A program made the position numbers and the translations under genes. The notes under the pieces are model-generated. The model saw nothing but the letters and a program-made list of their open reading frames with translations. It was not told where the DNA came from and did not search any database. Below, in pieces: positions 48,696 to 61,548 of a DNA stretch of 64,000 bases (position 1 is its first letter; each line of letters begins with the position of its first letter). Source of the DNA: Isurus oxyrinchus (Eukaryota); the NCBI GenBank assembly GCA_026770705.1, contig JANJGN010000071.1:1984001-2048000 (forward strand). Direction: 5' to 3'.

Positions 48696-49922
48696 ACATT
48701 CTGTTTTTATTAGCTCATGGGATGTGGGTAGTGTTGACAAGACCAGAAATCATTGCCCATCTGTAACTGCCCCTTGAGAAGGTGGTGGTGAGCTGCCTTC
48801 TTTAACCACTGCAGTCCATGTGGTGTAGGCACACCCACAGTGCTGTTAGGGAGGGAGTTCCAGGATTTTGACCCAGCGACGGTGAAGGAACGGCCGATAT
48901 ATTTCCAAGTCCCAGGGCAGACCACCACCTCAAGTTCACTTGCAAATCACACACCATACTGACTTGGAACTGTCTTGGTGGAAGAGGTTAAGGGTTTGGA
49001 AGGTGCTGTCGAAGGAGCCTTGGTGAGTTGCTGCAGTGCATCTTGTAGATGGTGCACATTGCTGCCATTGTGTGCCAGTGGTGGAGGGTATGAATGTTTA
49101 TGCTGGTGGATGGGCTGTCGATCAAACAAGCTGCTCCTGGATGGTGTCGAGCTTCTTGAGTGTTGTTGGAGCTGCACTTATCCAGCCAAGTGGAGATTAT
49201 TCCATCACACTCCTGACTTGTGCCTTGTCCGATGGTGGACAGGCTTTGGGGAACCGCAGAGTTCCCAGCCTCTTACCCGCATTTGTAGCCACACTATTTC
49301 CTGTTGCCGGGATGTTGCCAGGGCCAATAGCCTTTGCTGTATCCAGTATCATCAGCTGATTCCTGATGTCACATGGAGTCAATCGAATTGTCTGAAAGCT
49401 GACATCTGTGATGCTGGGACCCTCTGGAGGAGGCCGAGATGGAGCATCCACTCAGCACTTCTGGCTGAACATGGTTGCCAATGCTTCAGCCTTGTCGTTT
49501 GCACTGATGTGCTGAGCTCCCCCATCATTAAGGATGGGGATATTTGTGGAGCATCCTCCTCCTGTTAGATCTTTAGTTGTCCATCACCATTCATGACTGG
49601 ATGTGGCAGGTATGCAGAGCTTAGATCTGACCCGTTGGTTGTGGGATCGCTTTGCTCTGTCTATAGCATGCTGTTTCCGCTGTTTGGCGTGTATGTAGTC
49701 CTGTGTGTCACCTCAGCAGCTTGGCACCTCTGTTATATGTGAATCCTCCTTATAGAAACCTGCATGTACATGGATATTATCAATAAATATTACATAGATA
49801 AATGTTATTTGTATAGACCTTTCATGCATAGACAATATCACTTCACAAGTTCAGAATTACTACATGTACATAGGGAACCATTCTCAAACTGTACCGGAGT
49901 CATTCATTGGCTGATTTTACAG

Positions 49923-50019
49923 GGCGAGATTCCAATGAATGGAAAGCAGGATTGCTTGGAGCTGGAATCTGTTTGAGTGTTGGACTGAGTGGATTCTTCA
50001 TCTTCAAGTGTGTGAGAAA
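49923..50019 (+). CDS. Copy D: TM exon
   Basis: Same sequence as 3169-3265. Confidence 0.8.
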
Positions 50020-50819
50020 GTAAGTGTGAAGGTTTAATTGGTTGTTTTCGAAAATGTTTTCTTCAAACTTCTCCCCTTATAGAAAGAACTTTCATTTCTA
50101 TAGCACCTTTCACAACCCAAAACCCTTCACAGCCCCTGAAGAATTTTGATGTTTACCTACTGTTTAACATCTCATCCAACACTCACTGTTTCCGTCCTGT
50201 AACAGGCAGTGTTGACCCGGACCATAAGATACCTTGTGACCTACTGAGGATGTGAAAGGTGCTATACAAATGAAAACCTTTCTTTTGTTAGTGAATGCAA
50301 TCTCTTTCCTTTTTCTATGTTTCATTCACTCTCTCTTATCTCCACTAATGCTCTCTTCTCATTCTCTCTCTCATTCACTCTCTCTCCAATCTCCACTAAT
50401 GCTCTCCTTCTCATTCTCTCTCTCATTCACTCTCTCTCCAATCTCCACTAATGCTCTCCTTCTCATTCTCTCTCTCATTCACTCTCTCTCCAATCTCCAC
50501 TAATGCTCTCCTTCTCATTCTCTCTCTCGTCCTCTTACATGTTGTTCAGTCCCTCACATTTTTAAGGAGCGCTGAGCAACATCTGCTCCTTCAGAAGATC
50601 CACCTCAACACCTGGAGTGAGCAGTGAAATGAAACTTGCTCAACGACTGTTCAGCTTTACACAGGAATCACGTCACAGAGTCAGGACACAAAGGGTTAAC
50701 AGTTTGCTTACAACACAACACTAAGGCCCTACGTTTCAATGAAAGGGTTTTCACAATTGTTCCCCAATTCCTGATTTGACTCACATTGACACATCAACCC
50801 TTTCTCATTAAATACACAG

Positions 50820-50904
50820 AGGGAGCAGCACAGGAAGAGGTCATTCAGCCCAAGCAGAGCGTGTGGGCAGTTCCTCCCCAGGCGAGCAGTCGGACAGGTA
50901 CTGG
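50820..50904 (+). CDS. Copy D: probable first cytoplasmic exon
   Basis: Same sequence as 4080-4164. Confidence 0.5.
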
Positions 50905-51415
50905 GTAAGTAACGGAACGATTGGAATTCACTTCCACCACCAACACCGTCCTTTGTTGATGTTGTGACTTTATAAAGACAGATTCCAATGACTGATGCCT
51001 TTGAAAGATTTCTACTGATTATTGAGATTTGGGTGTGAGACTCAAGTGTGTTGTACAGAACATCTTCCTGGTTAAATTATGCAGACAGGTTACACACAGT
51101 CTACGATTATATTCCCTCAGGTCTAGAAGATTAAGGAGTGATCTAACTGAGGGATTCAAACTGATTAAACACTCGATAGGGTCGACAGAGAGAAGCTATT
51201 CCCTCGGGTGGGGGTGGTTGGTGGGGGTCGGGTGGAGTCCAGAACAAGGGGGCCGGAACTTCAGATTGGAGCCAGGCCGTTCAGGGGTGATGTCAGGAAG
51301 CACTTCTTCACACAAAGGGGAGTGGAAATCTGGAACTCTCTGCCCAATAATCAAACCCAACACCGAATACACATCATGTTGATTGTCACTCTGTCCATTT
51401 CCATCTCTATTACAG

Positions 51416-51520
51416 AAGAGAGGCGAGGGGAAAGCAGGAATCAAATCGAACCACCGTGTTGATGAATATCGAGGTCCTGTTTATGAAAACTGTGAGCGTG
51501 GTTGGGCTTTGAGGAATCAG
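51416..51520 (+). CDS. Copy D: cytoplasmic exon with VYENC
   Basis: Same sequence as 4676-4780. Confidence 0.7.
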
Positions 51521-51651
51521 GTGAGTCACACACCACAGGATCCCCAGCCTCTCAGCTGCTCCAGTAGCCTGGTTATTGATATGGCTGCTCCAGTCCTGTA
51601 TCTGCAATGTTTTATACAGTCACTCCCAAACCCAACCAAACTCACACCCAA

Positions 51652-53205
51652 CACCGTTCAGAATCAATAATCAAACCCCGTTCAGAATCAATAATCAAAC
51701 CCCGTTCAGAATCAATAATCACACCCCGTTCAGAATCAATAATCAAACCCTGTTCAGTATCAATAACCAAACTCCGTTCAGTAACAATAATAAAACCCGT
51801 TCAGAATCAATAATCAAACCCCGATCAGTATCAATAATCAAACCCCGTTCAGAATTAATAATCAAACCCCTTTCAGAATCAATAATCAATCCCCGTTCAG
51901 TATCAATAAACAAACCCCGTTCAGAATCAATAATCAAACCGCGTACAGAATCAATAATCAAACCCCGTTCAGTATACATAATCAAACCCCGTTTAGTATC
52001 AATAATCAAACCCCTTTCAGAATCAATAATCAATCCCCATTCAGTATCAATAAACAAACCCCGTTTAGAATCAATAATCAAACCCCGCTCAGTATCAATA
52101 ATCAAACCGCGTTCAGAATCAATAATCAAACCCCGTTCAGTATACATAATCAAACCCCGTTCAGTATCAATAATCAAACCCCGTTCAGTATCAATAATCA
52201 AACTCCGTTCAGGATCAATAATCAAACACCGTTCAGAATCAATAATCAAACCCCGTTCAATATCAATAATCAAACCCCGTTCAATATCAATAATCTAACT
52301 TCGTTCAGGATCAATAATCAAACCCCATTCAGATTCAATAATCAAAACCCTTTCAGAATCAATAATCAAACCCCATTCAGTATCAATAATCAAACCCCGT
52401 TCAGTATCAATAATCAAACCCCGTTCAGAATTAAAAATCAAACCCTGTTCAGTATCAATAATCTAATCCCGTTCAGAATCAATAATCAAACCCCGTTCAG
52501 AATTAAAAATCAAACCCCGTTCAGTATCAATAATCAAACCCCGTTCAGTATCAATAATCAAACCCCGTTCAGAATCAATAATCAAACCCTGTTCAGTATC
52601 AATAATCAAACTACGTTCAGGATCAATAATCAAACTCCGTTCAGATTCAATAATCAAAACCCATTCAGAATCAATATTCAAACCCCATTCAGCATCAATA
52701 ATCAAACCCCGTTCAGTATAAATATTCAAACCCCATTCAGAATCTATAATCAAACCCCGTTCAGAATTAATAATCAAACCTCGTTCAGAATCAATAATCA
52801 AACCACGTTCAGTATCAATTATCAAACCCCGTTCAGAATCAATAATCAAACCCCGTTCAGAATCAATAATCAAACCCCGTTCAGTATCAATAATCAAACC
52901 CTCTTCAGAATCAATTATCAAACCCCGTTCAGTATCAATAATCAAACCCCATTCACAATCAATAATCAAACCCCGTTCAGAATCAATAATCAAACCCCAT
53001 TCAGAATCAATAATCAAACCCCGTTCAGTATCAATAATCAAACCCTCTTCAGTATCAATAATCAAACCCCGTTCAGAATCAATAATCAAACCCCGTTCAG
53101 AATCAATTATCAAACCCTGTTCAGTATCAATAATCAAACCCCGTTCAGAATCAATTATCAAACCCTGTTCAGTATCAATAATCAAACCCTGTTCAGTATC
53201 AATAA
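51652..53205 (+). repeat. 24-bp minisatellite, about 65 units
   Basis: Paralog of 4912-6850. Confidence 0.96.
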
Positions 53206-53304
53206 TTAATGTATCTACTGTGGGTGCAATTTTTGATTTGGATCAATAATACTAAACACTGATCACTCTGATTGTCACTCTGATCATTTCTGTTTCTATT
53301 ACAG

Positions 53305-53421
53305 CAGAAAGATGAGAAGGATCTGGAAATGAAATCTAACCGCGGAGTCAATCCTGATACAGATGATGATCTTTACGCAAACTGTGAATTTGCTGAGGAT
53401 TCTGTTTATGGGAATTTATAA
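53305..53421 (+). CDS. Copy D: terminal cytoplasmic exon (LYANC, SVYGNL*)
   Basis: QKDEKDLEMKSNRGVNPDTDDDLYANCEFAEDSVYGNL*. Confidence 0.7.
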   Translation, partial: QKDEKDLEMKSNRGVNPDTDDDLYANCEFAEDSVYGNL

Positions 53422-54479
53422 ACTGAGCAAGAATGAGACACACACAGTGTGGGGAGAATACAGAACGGGAGAATCATTCAAAACTCCAATTTACCTTCCT
53501 AATATCCACAGGAACTCACTCCCAGGAAATAGATTTAAACCTCTTGTTACAATCTGATGGAATTTCTTCGGAATGATCTATCCAGGATGATTTTCTGTGG
53601 GTTTCAATTCGAACATCCTCCTTCAGAATTGTCCCTCACTGTTGGAAACATCCTTCTCTCCAATCTGATTGTAAATGTCTTTAGATATCGTTCGATGATG
53701 TACCAGGACAGAACGGACAAATTCAATCCCGTGTCCTTGATTATGAGTTAATTTTCATTCTGTTATTCACCTTCCTGTCTGTCAGTGTTTACAGAATATT
53801 CATCAGCCAGTGTAGACTTCAGGAAATGCAGGATCGGTGGATAATTGGAGCAGAGGAGATTAGTAAAATTTACTCACCATTTTGTAATCAAATGTATTTT
53901 CAGATATATATTTGGATTTTACACTTCATCGTTAAACAGCGAAATAAACAAGAATCTGGGAAACAGGGAAACCATTTGATTGGAGATTTGAGAAATTCTC
54001 TGCAGCTCAGAGGATAACAGATGTGCTACAGTGCCACCACTGGTGGGAGGACATCATTTCAGCGTGACATGTTTACATTCATGTTGCCAATGAACATTGA
54101 AAACTATGATGTGAAAAATTGTTTGCAGGTTTATTTTCTTCAGTATGTCATGGATGGATGAGACAGCTTTGATAACAGAATGAGATATAGCTGCAATAAA
54201 CCATCATTTTAGTCTTTCACACTTGGAGAGTACAATTAGCATCCATCCTGAAGGCTGAGTGGATGGGTGGACTGTGCGATGTGTTACAGATCACAGAGAC
54301 CAACATACTCGATCCTGGTTCCGCTCTGTGTTTGATGAGATACTTGATTCAAAGATTGGGAAAATAAATAATCCTCCTGCATTGATCTGTAACTGGTCAT
54401 TTTCTCTGTTAATGAGGTGAGGACAGATTTGGGTTCGAGGTCCAAAATCAGACACATGCTTTGACTGCCCATTGACTCG

Positions 54480-56290
54480 GAACAGGAGGAGGCCATTCAG
54501 CCCCCTCGAGCCTGCTACACAGGAACAAGAGGGCACCTGAAATAAAAACAGAAAATGCTGGAGAAACTGAGTAGGTCTGGCAGCATCTGTGCAGAGATAA
54601 ACAGAAATAACATTTCGAGTCCGTATGACCCTTCTTCAGAGTCTCAAAGCAAAAACTCTGTTTCTCTCTCCACAGCTGCTGCCAGACCTGCTGAGTTAAT
54701 GCAGCATTTTCTGTTTTTAGTTCAGATTTACAGCATCTGCAGTATTTATTTTTAATGAGAGGAGGACATTCAGCCCCTCGAGCCTGTTACACAGGAACAG
54801 GAGAAGGCCCATTCTGTCCCCTTGAGCCAGTTACACAGGAACAGGAGGAGGCCCATTCTATCCCTTTGAACCTGTTACACAGGAACAGGAGGAGGCCATT
54901 CAGCCCCCTCGAGCCTGTTACACAGGAACAGGGGGAGGCCCATTCAGCCCCTCGAGCCTGTTACGCAGGAACAGGAGGAGGCCCATTCAGCCCCCTCGAG
55001 CATGTTACACAGGAACAGGAGGAGGCCCACTCAGTCCCCTCAAGCTTGTTACACAGGAACAGGAGGAGGCCCATTCTGCCCCTCGAGCCTATAACACAGG
55101 AAAAGGAGGAGGCCCATTCAGCCCCATGAGCCTGGTACACAAGGAGACAAGGAGGCCATTCAGCCCCCCTGAGCCTGTTGCACAGGAAAACGAGGAGGCC
55201 CATTCAGCCTCTCAAGCTTATTACCCAGGAACAGGAGGAGGTCCATTCAGCCCCTCGAGCCTGTTACACAGGAACAGGAGGAGGCCCACTCTGCCCCATG
55301 AGCCTGGTACACAGAGAGAAGGAGGCCATTCAGCCCCCCTGAGCCTGTTGCACAGGAAAAGGAGATCCATTCAGCCCCTCGAGCTTGTTACACAGGAACA
55401 GGAGGAGGTTCATTCAGCCCCCTCGAGCCTGTTACACAGCAACAGGAGGAGGCCCATTCAGCCCCCTCAAGCCTGTTGCACAGGAACAGGAGGAGGCCCA
55501 TTCAGCCCCCTCGAGCCTGTTACACAGGAACAGGAGGAGGCCCACTCAGCCCCATGAGCCTGGTACACAGAGAGAAGGAGGCCATTCAGCCCCCCTGAGC
55601 CTGTTGCACAGGAAAAGGAGACCCATTCAGCCCCTCGAGCTTGTTACACAGGAACAGGAGGAGGTCCATTCAGCCCCTCGAGCCTGTTACACAGGAACAG
55701 GAGGAAGTCATTCAGCCCCCTTGAACCTATAACACAGGAACAGGAGGAGGCCATTCAGCCCTCTCGAGCTTGTTACACAGGAACAGGGGGAGGCCCATTC
55801 AGCCTCCTCAGACATGTTACATAGGAACAGGAGGAGGCCCATTCAGCCTCCTCAGACATGTTACATAGGAACAGTAAGAGGACATTCAATTCCTCAACCC
55901 TCTTTACTGGAGCAGTAAACACATTCAGCCTCCTTGTGCCTGTTACACAAGAACAGGAGGAGGTCCATTCAGCCCCTCAAGTCAGTGACATAGGAACAGG
56001 AGAAGTCTCATTCAGCCACACGAGCATCTTATATAAGAACATGAGGGGGCCCAAACAGCCCCTCAAGCCTCTTACACAAGAAGAGGAGGAGGAGGTTCAT
56101 TCAGTCCATCGAGGCTGTTACACAGGGACAGGAGGAGGCCCATTCAGCCACATGAGCCTGTTACACAGGGACTGGAGGAGGCCCATTCAGCTCCCTCGAA
56201 CATGTTACTCTTGAACACGAGGAGGTGCATACAGTCCCTCAAGCCTGTTACACTGGAACAGGAGGAGGCCCAGTCAACCCCTCGAGCCTC
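54480..56290 (+). repeat. 43-44-bp minisatellite
   Basis: Paralog of 8120-10985 without the 8790-9625 insertion. Confidence 0.9.
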
Positions 56291-56948
56291 TTGCATGTGA
56301 ACAGTCGATGGCCCTTCAACCACATTCTTGGTACGCAAAGGGTTAACAGTTTTCTAACTGTGCGAGGCAAAGAGCTGCTTTCTAACTTGGTACCAAGCAC
56401 TTCCTCATTTTGTCTCACAGTGACACATCAACCCTTTCTCATTAAACACACAGAGGGAGCAGCACAGGAAGAGGTCATTCAGCCCAAGCAGAGCGTGTGG
56501 GCAGTTCCTCCCCAGGCGAGCAGTCGGACAGGTCCTGGGTAAGTAACGGAACGATTGGAATTCACTTCCACCACCAACACCGTCCTTTGTTGATGTTGTG
56601 ACTTTATAAAGACAGATTCCAATGATTGATGCCTTTGAAAGATTTCTACTGATTATTGAGATCTGGGTGTGAGGCTCAGGTCTGTTGTACAGAACATCTT
56701 TCTAGCTCAAGGGATGAGGGAAGAGCAGGGACATGAGATTTGGGACGTCCTGAGATAGTGAAAGGTGCTACAGAAATGCAAGTCCTTCATTGTTTTTCTT
56801 TCTTAAAGCCTTGTAACTCTCTGCAGAACACCTATCATCCCACAGAGAATCAAATTAGTCTGTGAAGACATTGTCTAAAAGCAGTTCTGATCTCTCGAGA
56901 GCTGTCGGACAAGAGGTGAGGTCTCATTAACTCCTTTCTCTTTCACAG

Positions 56949-57027
56949 CTTGAGAGTGAGAAGTGGATGGAATATCTGGGAGTGGACGATGATCGGGAAA
57001 TCTACTTCCTCTTGTCACTTCTCCAAG
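56949..57027 (+). CDS. Copy E: leader exon; upstream ATG 56967 in frame, canonical ATG 56989 out of frame
   Basis: tctac versus tcttac in paralogs; MEYLGVDDDREIYFLLSLLQ|gtaat, phase 1. Confidence 0.6.
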
Positions 57028-57730
57028 GTAATATCATCGTCAGCTCGGATAGATTTATGTTTAACAGTCTTTGTAAAAGATCATTCATATCTCTTTATCT
57101 CTGTAACCTCCTGCAACTCACCCAAACAACTTCCCAGATCTCTGTGTTACTCCAATTCCGGCCTCTTGACCATCCCCCGATTCCCATCACTCCAATACTG
57201 GCGGCCGGGCCTTCAGCTGCCTGGGGCCTGAGCTCTGGAATTCACTCCCTAAACCTCGGGGATGGAGGAGCTCAGAGGGTTTCATTTTACTGAGAATCAC
57301 CACGACCACATCACAGCTGCAGTGAGAATAGACAGAGGGTCCAGCCCTCACACTTCCTGCACAGTTTCACCATAGCAACCACAATATGGAAATTTAAAAA
57401 TACTGAAAGTTAAACTGAAGCTCAAACCAGTCAGTTTAGAGAGATGAGATGTTTACACAGTTTCCCTGTGTGTCTTGTAGACACTGTGTTGGGTGGAAGA
57501 CTGGCTTCACTAAACAGGGTCCTGAGGACCATGAGCCAATGTAGAATGAACTTGTCCACTCCTGTGTCCAGGATTCTCTTCCCTCCGTTGTGAAACCTTG
57601 GGGAGTTCCTTGTGCGTCCTGTAGATGGTCCACACTGCAGCCACTGTGCCCCAGTGATGGAGGGGGTGGATATCGAGTCTAGTGGATCTACAAACTATCC
57701 AGAGTTAAATATTGATATTTCTCTCCCCAG

Positions 57731-58105
57731 TTGGACTGTCACAAGAGTGGAAAGGTGACACTCCCCGAGAGGTTGCAGCACAGGAAGGCTCGTGTGTACA
57801 GATTCCATGTCATTACAGTTACTCATCAAATTTAGTAGGGAGATCGCGTGTCAGAATCTGGTTGAAAGGAATAGATGTGAATCCACAGCCTAAATGGTCT
57901 ATAGCCTTTCACTCCGAAGGTCACAGTCACAGGGATCAAAGATTCCACCATCGGACCCGGCTGTCAGGAGCCCTGAAAGATGGCGACTGTTCCCTGATTA
58001 TAAACAACATCAGACAGGAAGATGCAGGACCTTATTTTTTCAGAATAGAATTTGACAATGGTCCGAGCCATAACTATTACCCTGTAACCCAGCTTCACGT
58101 TTCTG
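57731..58105 (+). CDS. Copy E: Siglec V-set exon
   Basis: Intact, 375 nt, contains YFFRIE, near-identical to the V exon of copy B. Confidence 0.9.
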
Positions 58106-58964
58106 GTAAGTGCTGTGTTATAATTACTCAACAATTCACATTCAACACTCAATGGGAAATAACACAAACTGTGACATTTACATATTAACACAAAACACAG
58201 CTTATTATAACACGCTACCTGATTCTCAATAACCTGGTGATAGCTTCCAGTTCAGTCCTAAAGCAACCTCTAATACTCACTTTAATATCAATGATTAAAA
58301 GCATTAACTGTATTATCAGGTTATCCACTCCCATCAATCTCTCCTGTCCTGTTTAAAAGTCTGACGTATCGATAAAAGAAAGATGTGCATTTCTGCAGCG
58401 CAATTTACCACCTCAGGAGGATCCAAATCCCTTCACAGCCAATGAAATTATTCCTAAATTGTAGTCACAGATGTAAAACACAGCAGGCAGTTTGTGCACA
58501 GCAAGATCCAACAAACCACAAGGTGCTAAATCACCTAGATCACTGAGGAAATGAAAAGCCAGTGAACAGAAACCTCTGGTCTGATGAAGAGTCATACGGA
58601 CTCGAAACGTTAACCCTGTCTTCCTCTCCACTGATACTGTCAGACCTGCTGAGTCTTTCCAGCAATTTTTGTTTTTGTTTCAGATTTCCAGCATCCACAG
58701 TATTCTGCTTTTAACTCCAATCTCTGGTCTGAGCCTCTTCTCTCATCCAGTGTTCTCAATTCACATGTCTCGGAGTGAACGTGTATTAAGCTGAGAGACA
58801 GAAACACTACTGCCAAAGAGCAAGAAAATCTTTCCTGATCATTGTAACCTCTCAGTTCTGATATCATCCTTGTAAAAGTGCTTTCTCTTGTGGGACTGTG
58901 ATTTCTATTTGAACTGATGCTTCACGTTATATTTTTCTAAAAGGATCCATTCTCCGTCTGTTAG

Positions 58965-59261
58965 ATTTCACAGATAAACCCACGATATTCCCTGCTGAAA
59001 TTATTGCAGGAAAGCGTGTGGATGTAAGCTGCACCTTCAACACAACGTGCAATGGAACAGCAGCACCTGTCTTAACCTGGGACACTCCCACTGACGTACC
59101 TGGATCAGTCTCAAACACTGTAACTCAGCATGGTGTCACTCTGACCTATACTTCTGTTCTGACCCTGACCCCATCACTCAAACACCACGGACACACTCTC
59201 AGCTGCAGAGTGAGATATCCATCTGTTTCATCGGAGCGGACCCTTGTACTAACTGTGCAAG
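58965..59261 (+). CDS. Copy E: C2-set exon
   Basis: Intact, 297 nt, phase 1-1. Confidence 0.9.
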
Positions 59262-59584
59262 GTTAGTATGGACACCCTTCATTCTACATCAGCACTCCCT
59301 CAGCGCTGACCCTCTGACAGTGCAGCCCATTCTCAGTATCCACATTCTAAGGCCTCTCAAAGTGCTTCACAGTCGATAGAAGTTAATTGATCTTTATTTG
59401 ATTATTGCTGAATGAAGAGACAAGCTGTCTAAAGTTTACATCTCGCACACACCATTCTCCATGGCAACACCTCCACCTATCAGAGACCACTTGCCAACCA
59501 ATCAGCACTCTCCTCCCGTTAAGTATAAATTGTTGTTCACTTTCTGTTGGTAATCCTGCGAACGTGCTTCTTGATTCCTGCCAT

Positions 59585-59737
59585 GACATCTTAATGTCCA
59601 AATGAACAGAACAAGTTCCAACAATGAGCTGTGGTTGGTGATTCCTCACGTTACATCCAGGGACACTGGAGACTATCAGTGTGTGGCAGAAAATGAACAT
59701 GGAGCAGTGGGGGTTTTCATAACCGTCACTGTGGAAC
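59585..59737 (+). pseudogene. Copy E: 3' half of Ig3 exon
   Basis: Same lesion as 14278-14430. Confidence 0.8.
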
Positions 59738-61408
59738 GTGAGTGTACACAGACTTCAACATCTCTCTCAGATTCAAACATTACACAAACACCCTCAAATA
59801 TACAGAACTAAATAGACACGTGCAGACACACATGTATGAGCAATTACAAAGACACACTCACGAACAAACACACTAGCACACACTCCCCTGTGGTTTACCT
59901 GAGTACTGCACTGGAGAGTTGGCCAGGATTCTGGGATTTGTGTTCCCATTCATATTTATGGAAGAATATGGAAATTGCAAAGTCTATTACAGACACTCAG
60001 ATGCATAGAGGCACTCACAGATACTCTCTGCCTCTCCAACTCTCTCTCTCCCTTTAAGAAGCTTCCTGAAAGCTAACCCTTCGAACAATCACCGGTCCCA
60101 ACTCCTCCTTATCTGATTCTGTGTGATTTTGTTTGTGTATCTGAGAGTAAGAGAGAGGTGGAGAGGTTTAGTTAGAGAATTCCTGCTGGTGAAAAGCTTA
60201 CATCATTTACTCACCTTTCCAGTGCACATATTTCCCAGTATGTCCAATGCCCCTGTTTATAATGATGACTGCCTATGTAAACGTCACGCTGTAGTTACAT
60301 TCTCCCACCAGTGGTGGCATTGTAGCACTTAATTCTTGTTTTTCCCAGCTTTTCAAGCAACTCCACTTCCCAGTTTGCTACACAAGCTGTGAGTTCATCA
60401 GAATTAAATTATTTCTCAAATGATAGATTTGATAATTCATTTTATTGAAAACTTCCTCAGCGCCTCCTTGAAGGGTTCACACTCTCTGGGAAGCAGGAAT
60501 AGGCTGGATGTTGGGGAGGTCATCTTTTCCCAGAGAGTAGGGATCCTTGAGAATGTGCTGTCAGTGGGTGTGGTAGTTCCTGTTTCTCTGTCGCCTTCAA
60601 GAGGGATCTGGAGTGGTTACTGACTGGGGGAGAGATCATGGAAGTGGAGAATGATACAGCACAGGAGGAGGCCATTCAGCCCATTGTGCCTGTGCCAGGT
60701 CTTTCAATTTTCTATCCAATCAGATCCACTAACCACCACTCCACTTTGCCACCATCATCCTCCTTCAAGTGTTTATCCAATTTCCCTTTTGAAAGTTCCT
60801 ATTGCATCTGCTTCCAGCGCCCTTTCAGGCAGAACCTTCCAGATCACAACAACTCGCTCTGTCAAAACAAATTCTCCTCATCTCCACCTCCGGTTCGTCA
60901 ATCTTGTCCCTCTGGTTACCGACCCTCCTGCCTCTTAAATACATCGATACTGTTCACCTCAACCACTCCCAGTGATAGCGAGTTCCACATTCTCCCCTCT
61001 CTCTGGGTAAAGATTGGAACTGTTTATTAAGCGGGGGGTGTAAGTCCGTGGGGGAGTCCATCTCGATCCTGCCCGATTCACACACACGTCCGAGATGGAT
61101 TTCCACGCTGCACTAAACGTTTCCAGAATTTTCTACAGCACAATCCTGTACACAGCGATGGAGAGAAACATTGGACAGGGAGTCCAACAGCACAATGATC
61201 CATTCTCACCAATGTTCCACGCTAAGGGGAAAGTTCCGATTGTCCACTCTTAGAGTGTTTACAATGAAAACATTCATTCCACATTGAATCCCAGTGGATG
61301 GGTCAATATTACAGCAAATGTTGCAGTGATATGAAGCTTGATTGTTCAGCCAGAGTGAGAGATTGAAAGCGGAGAGTCAGTGATGATTTCTTTCTGTGTG
61401 TTCTCTAG

Positions 61409-61548
61409 ACAGTGGAGGAGAGATTCTGCACGTGATCCTGATCCTGGGAATACGAGCTGTGATATTCCTTGTGGCTGTGGTTATCACTATCGCTGGAGTC
61501 TGTGTCTGGGAGAGACAAACAGTGAAAGGAAGTCGACAGACTGTTTGA
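61409..61548 (+). CDS. Copy E: activating-type TM + short tail exon (Arg in TM)
   Basis: SGGEILHVILILGIRAVIFLVAVVITIAGVCVWERQTVKGSRQTV*; Arg codon at 61453-61455. Confidence 0.78.

Larger units (their letters stand above)
41730..53421 (+). pseudogene. Siglec-like copy D (paralog of A), pseudogene
   Basis: Leader 42297-42336, V 44713-45081 with TAA at 45045-45047, C2 45482-45778, Ig3 48429-48695 lacking its donor, TM 49923-50019, cytoplasmic exons 50820-50904, 51416-51520 and 53305-53421. Confidence 0.82.
56400..61548 (+). pseudogene. Siglec-like copy E (activating type), frameshifted leader, possibly rescued
   Basis: Leader exon 56949-57027 has a 1-nt deletion; V 57731-58105; C2 58965-59261; truncated Ig3 59585-59737; full TM-Arg exon 61409-61548. 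Confidence 0.65.

Noticed and set aside
48696-48766. Hydrophobic read-through tail (INILFLLAHGMWVVL) of the Ig3 exon of D as a new membrane anchor
   Set aside because: The upstream V exon of D has a stop codon, and the sequence is intron/LINE-derived.
61534-61548. C-terminal RQTV as a class I PDZ ligand
   Set aside because: The residue at position -2 is Gln, not Ser or Thr.
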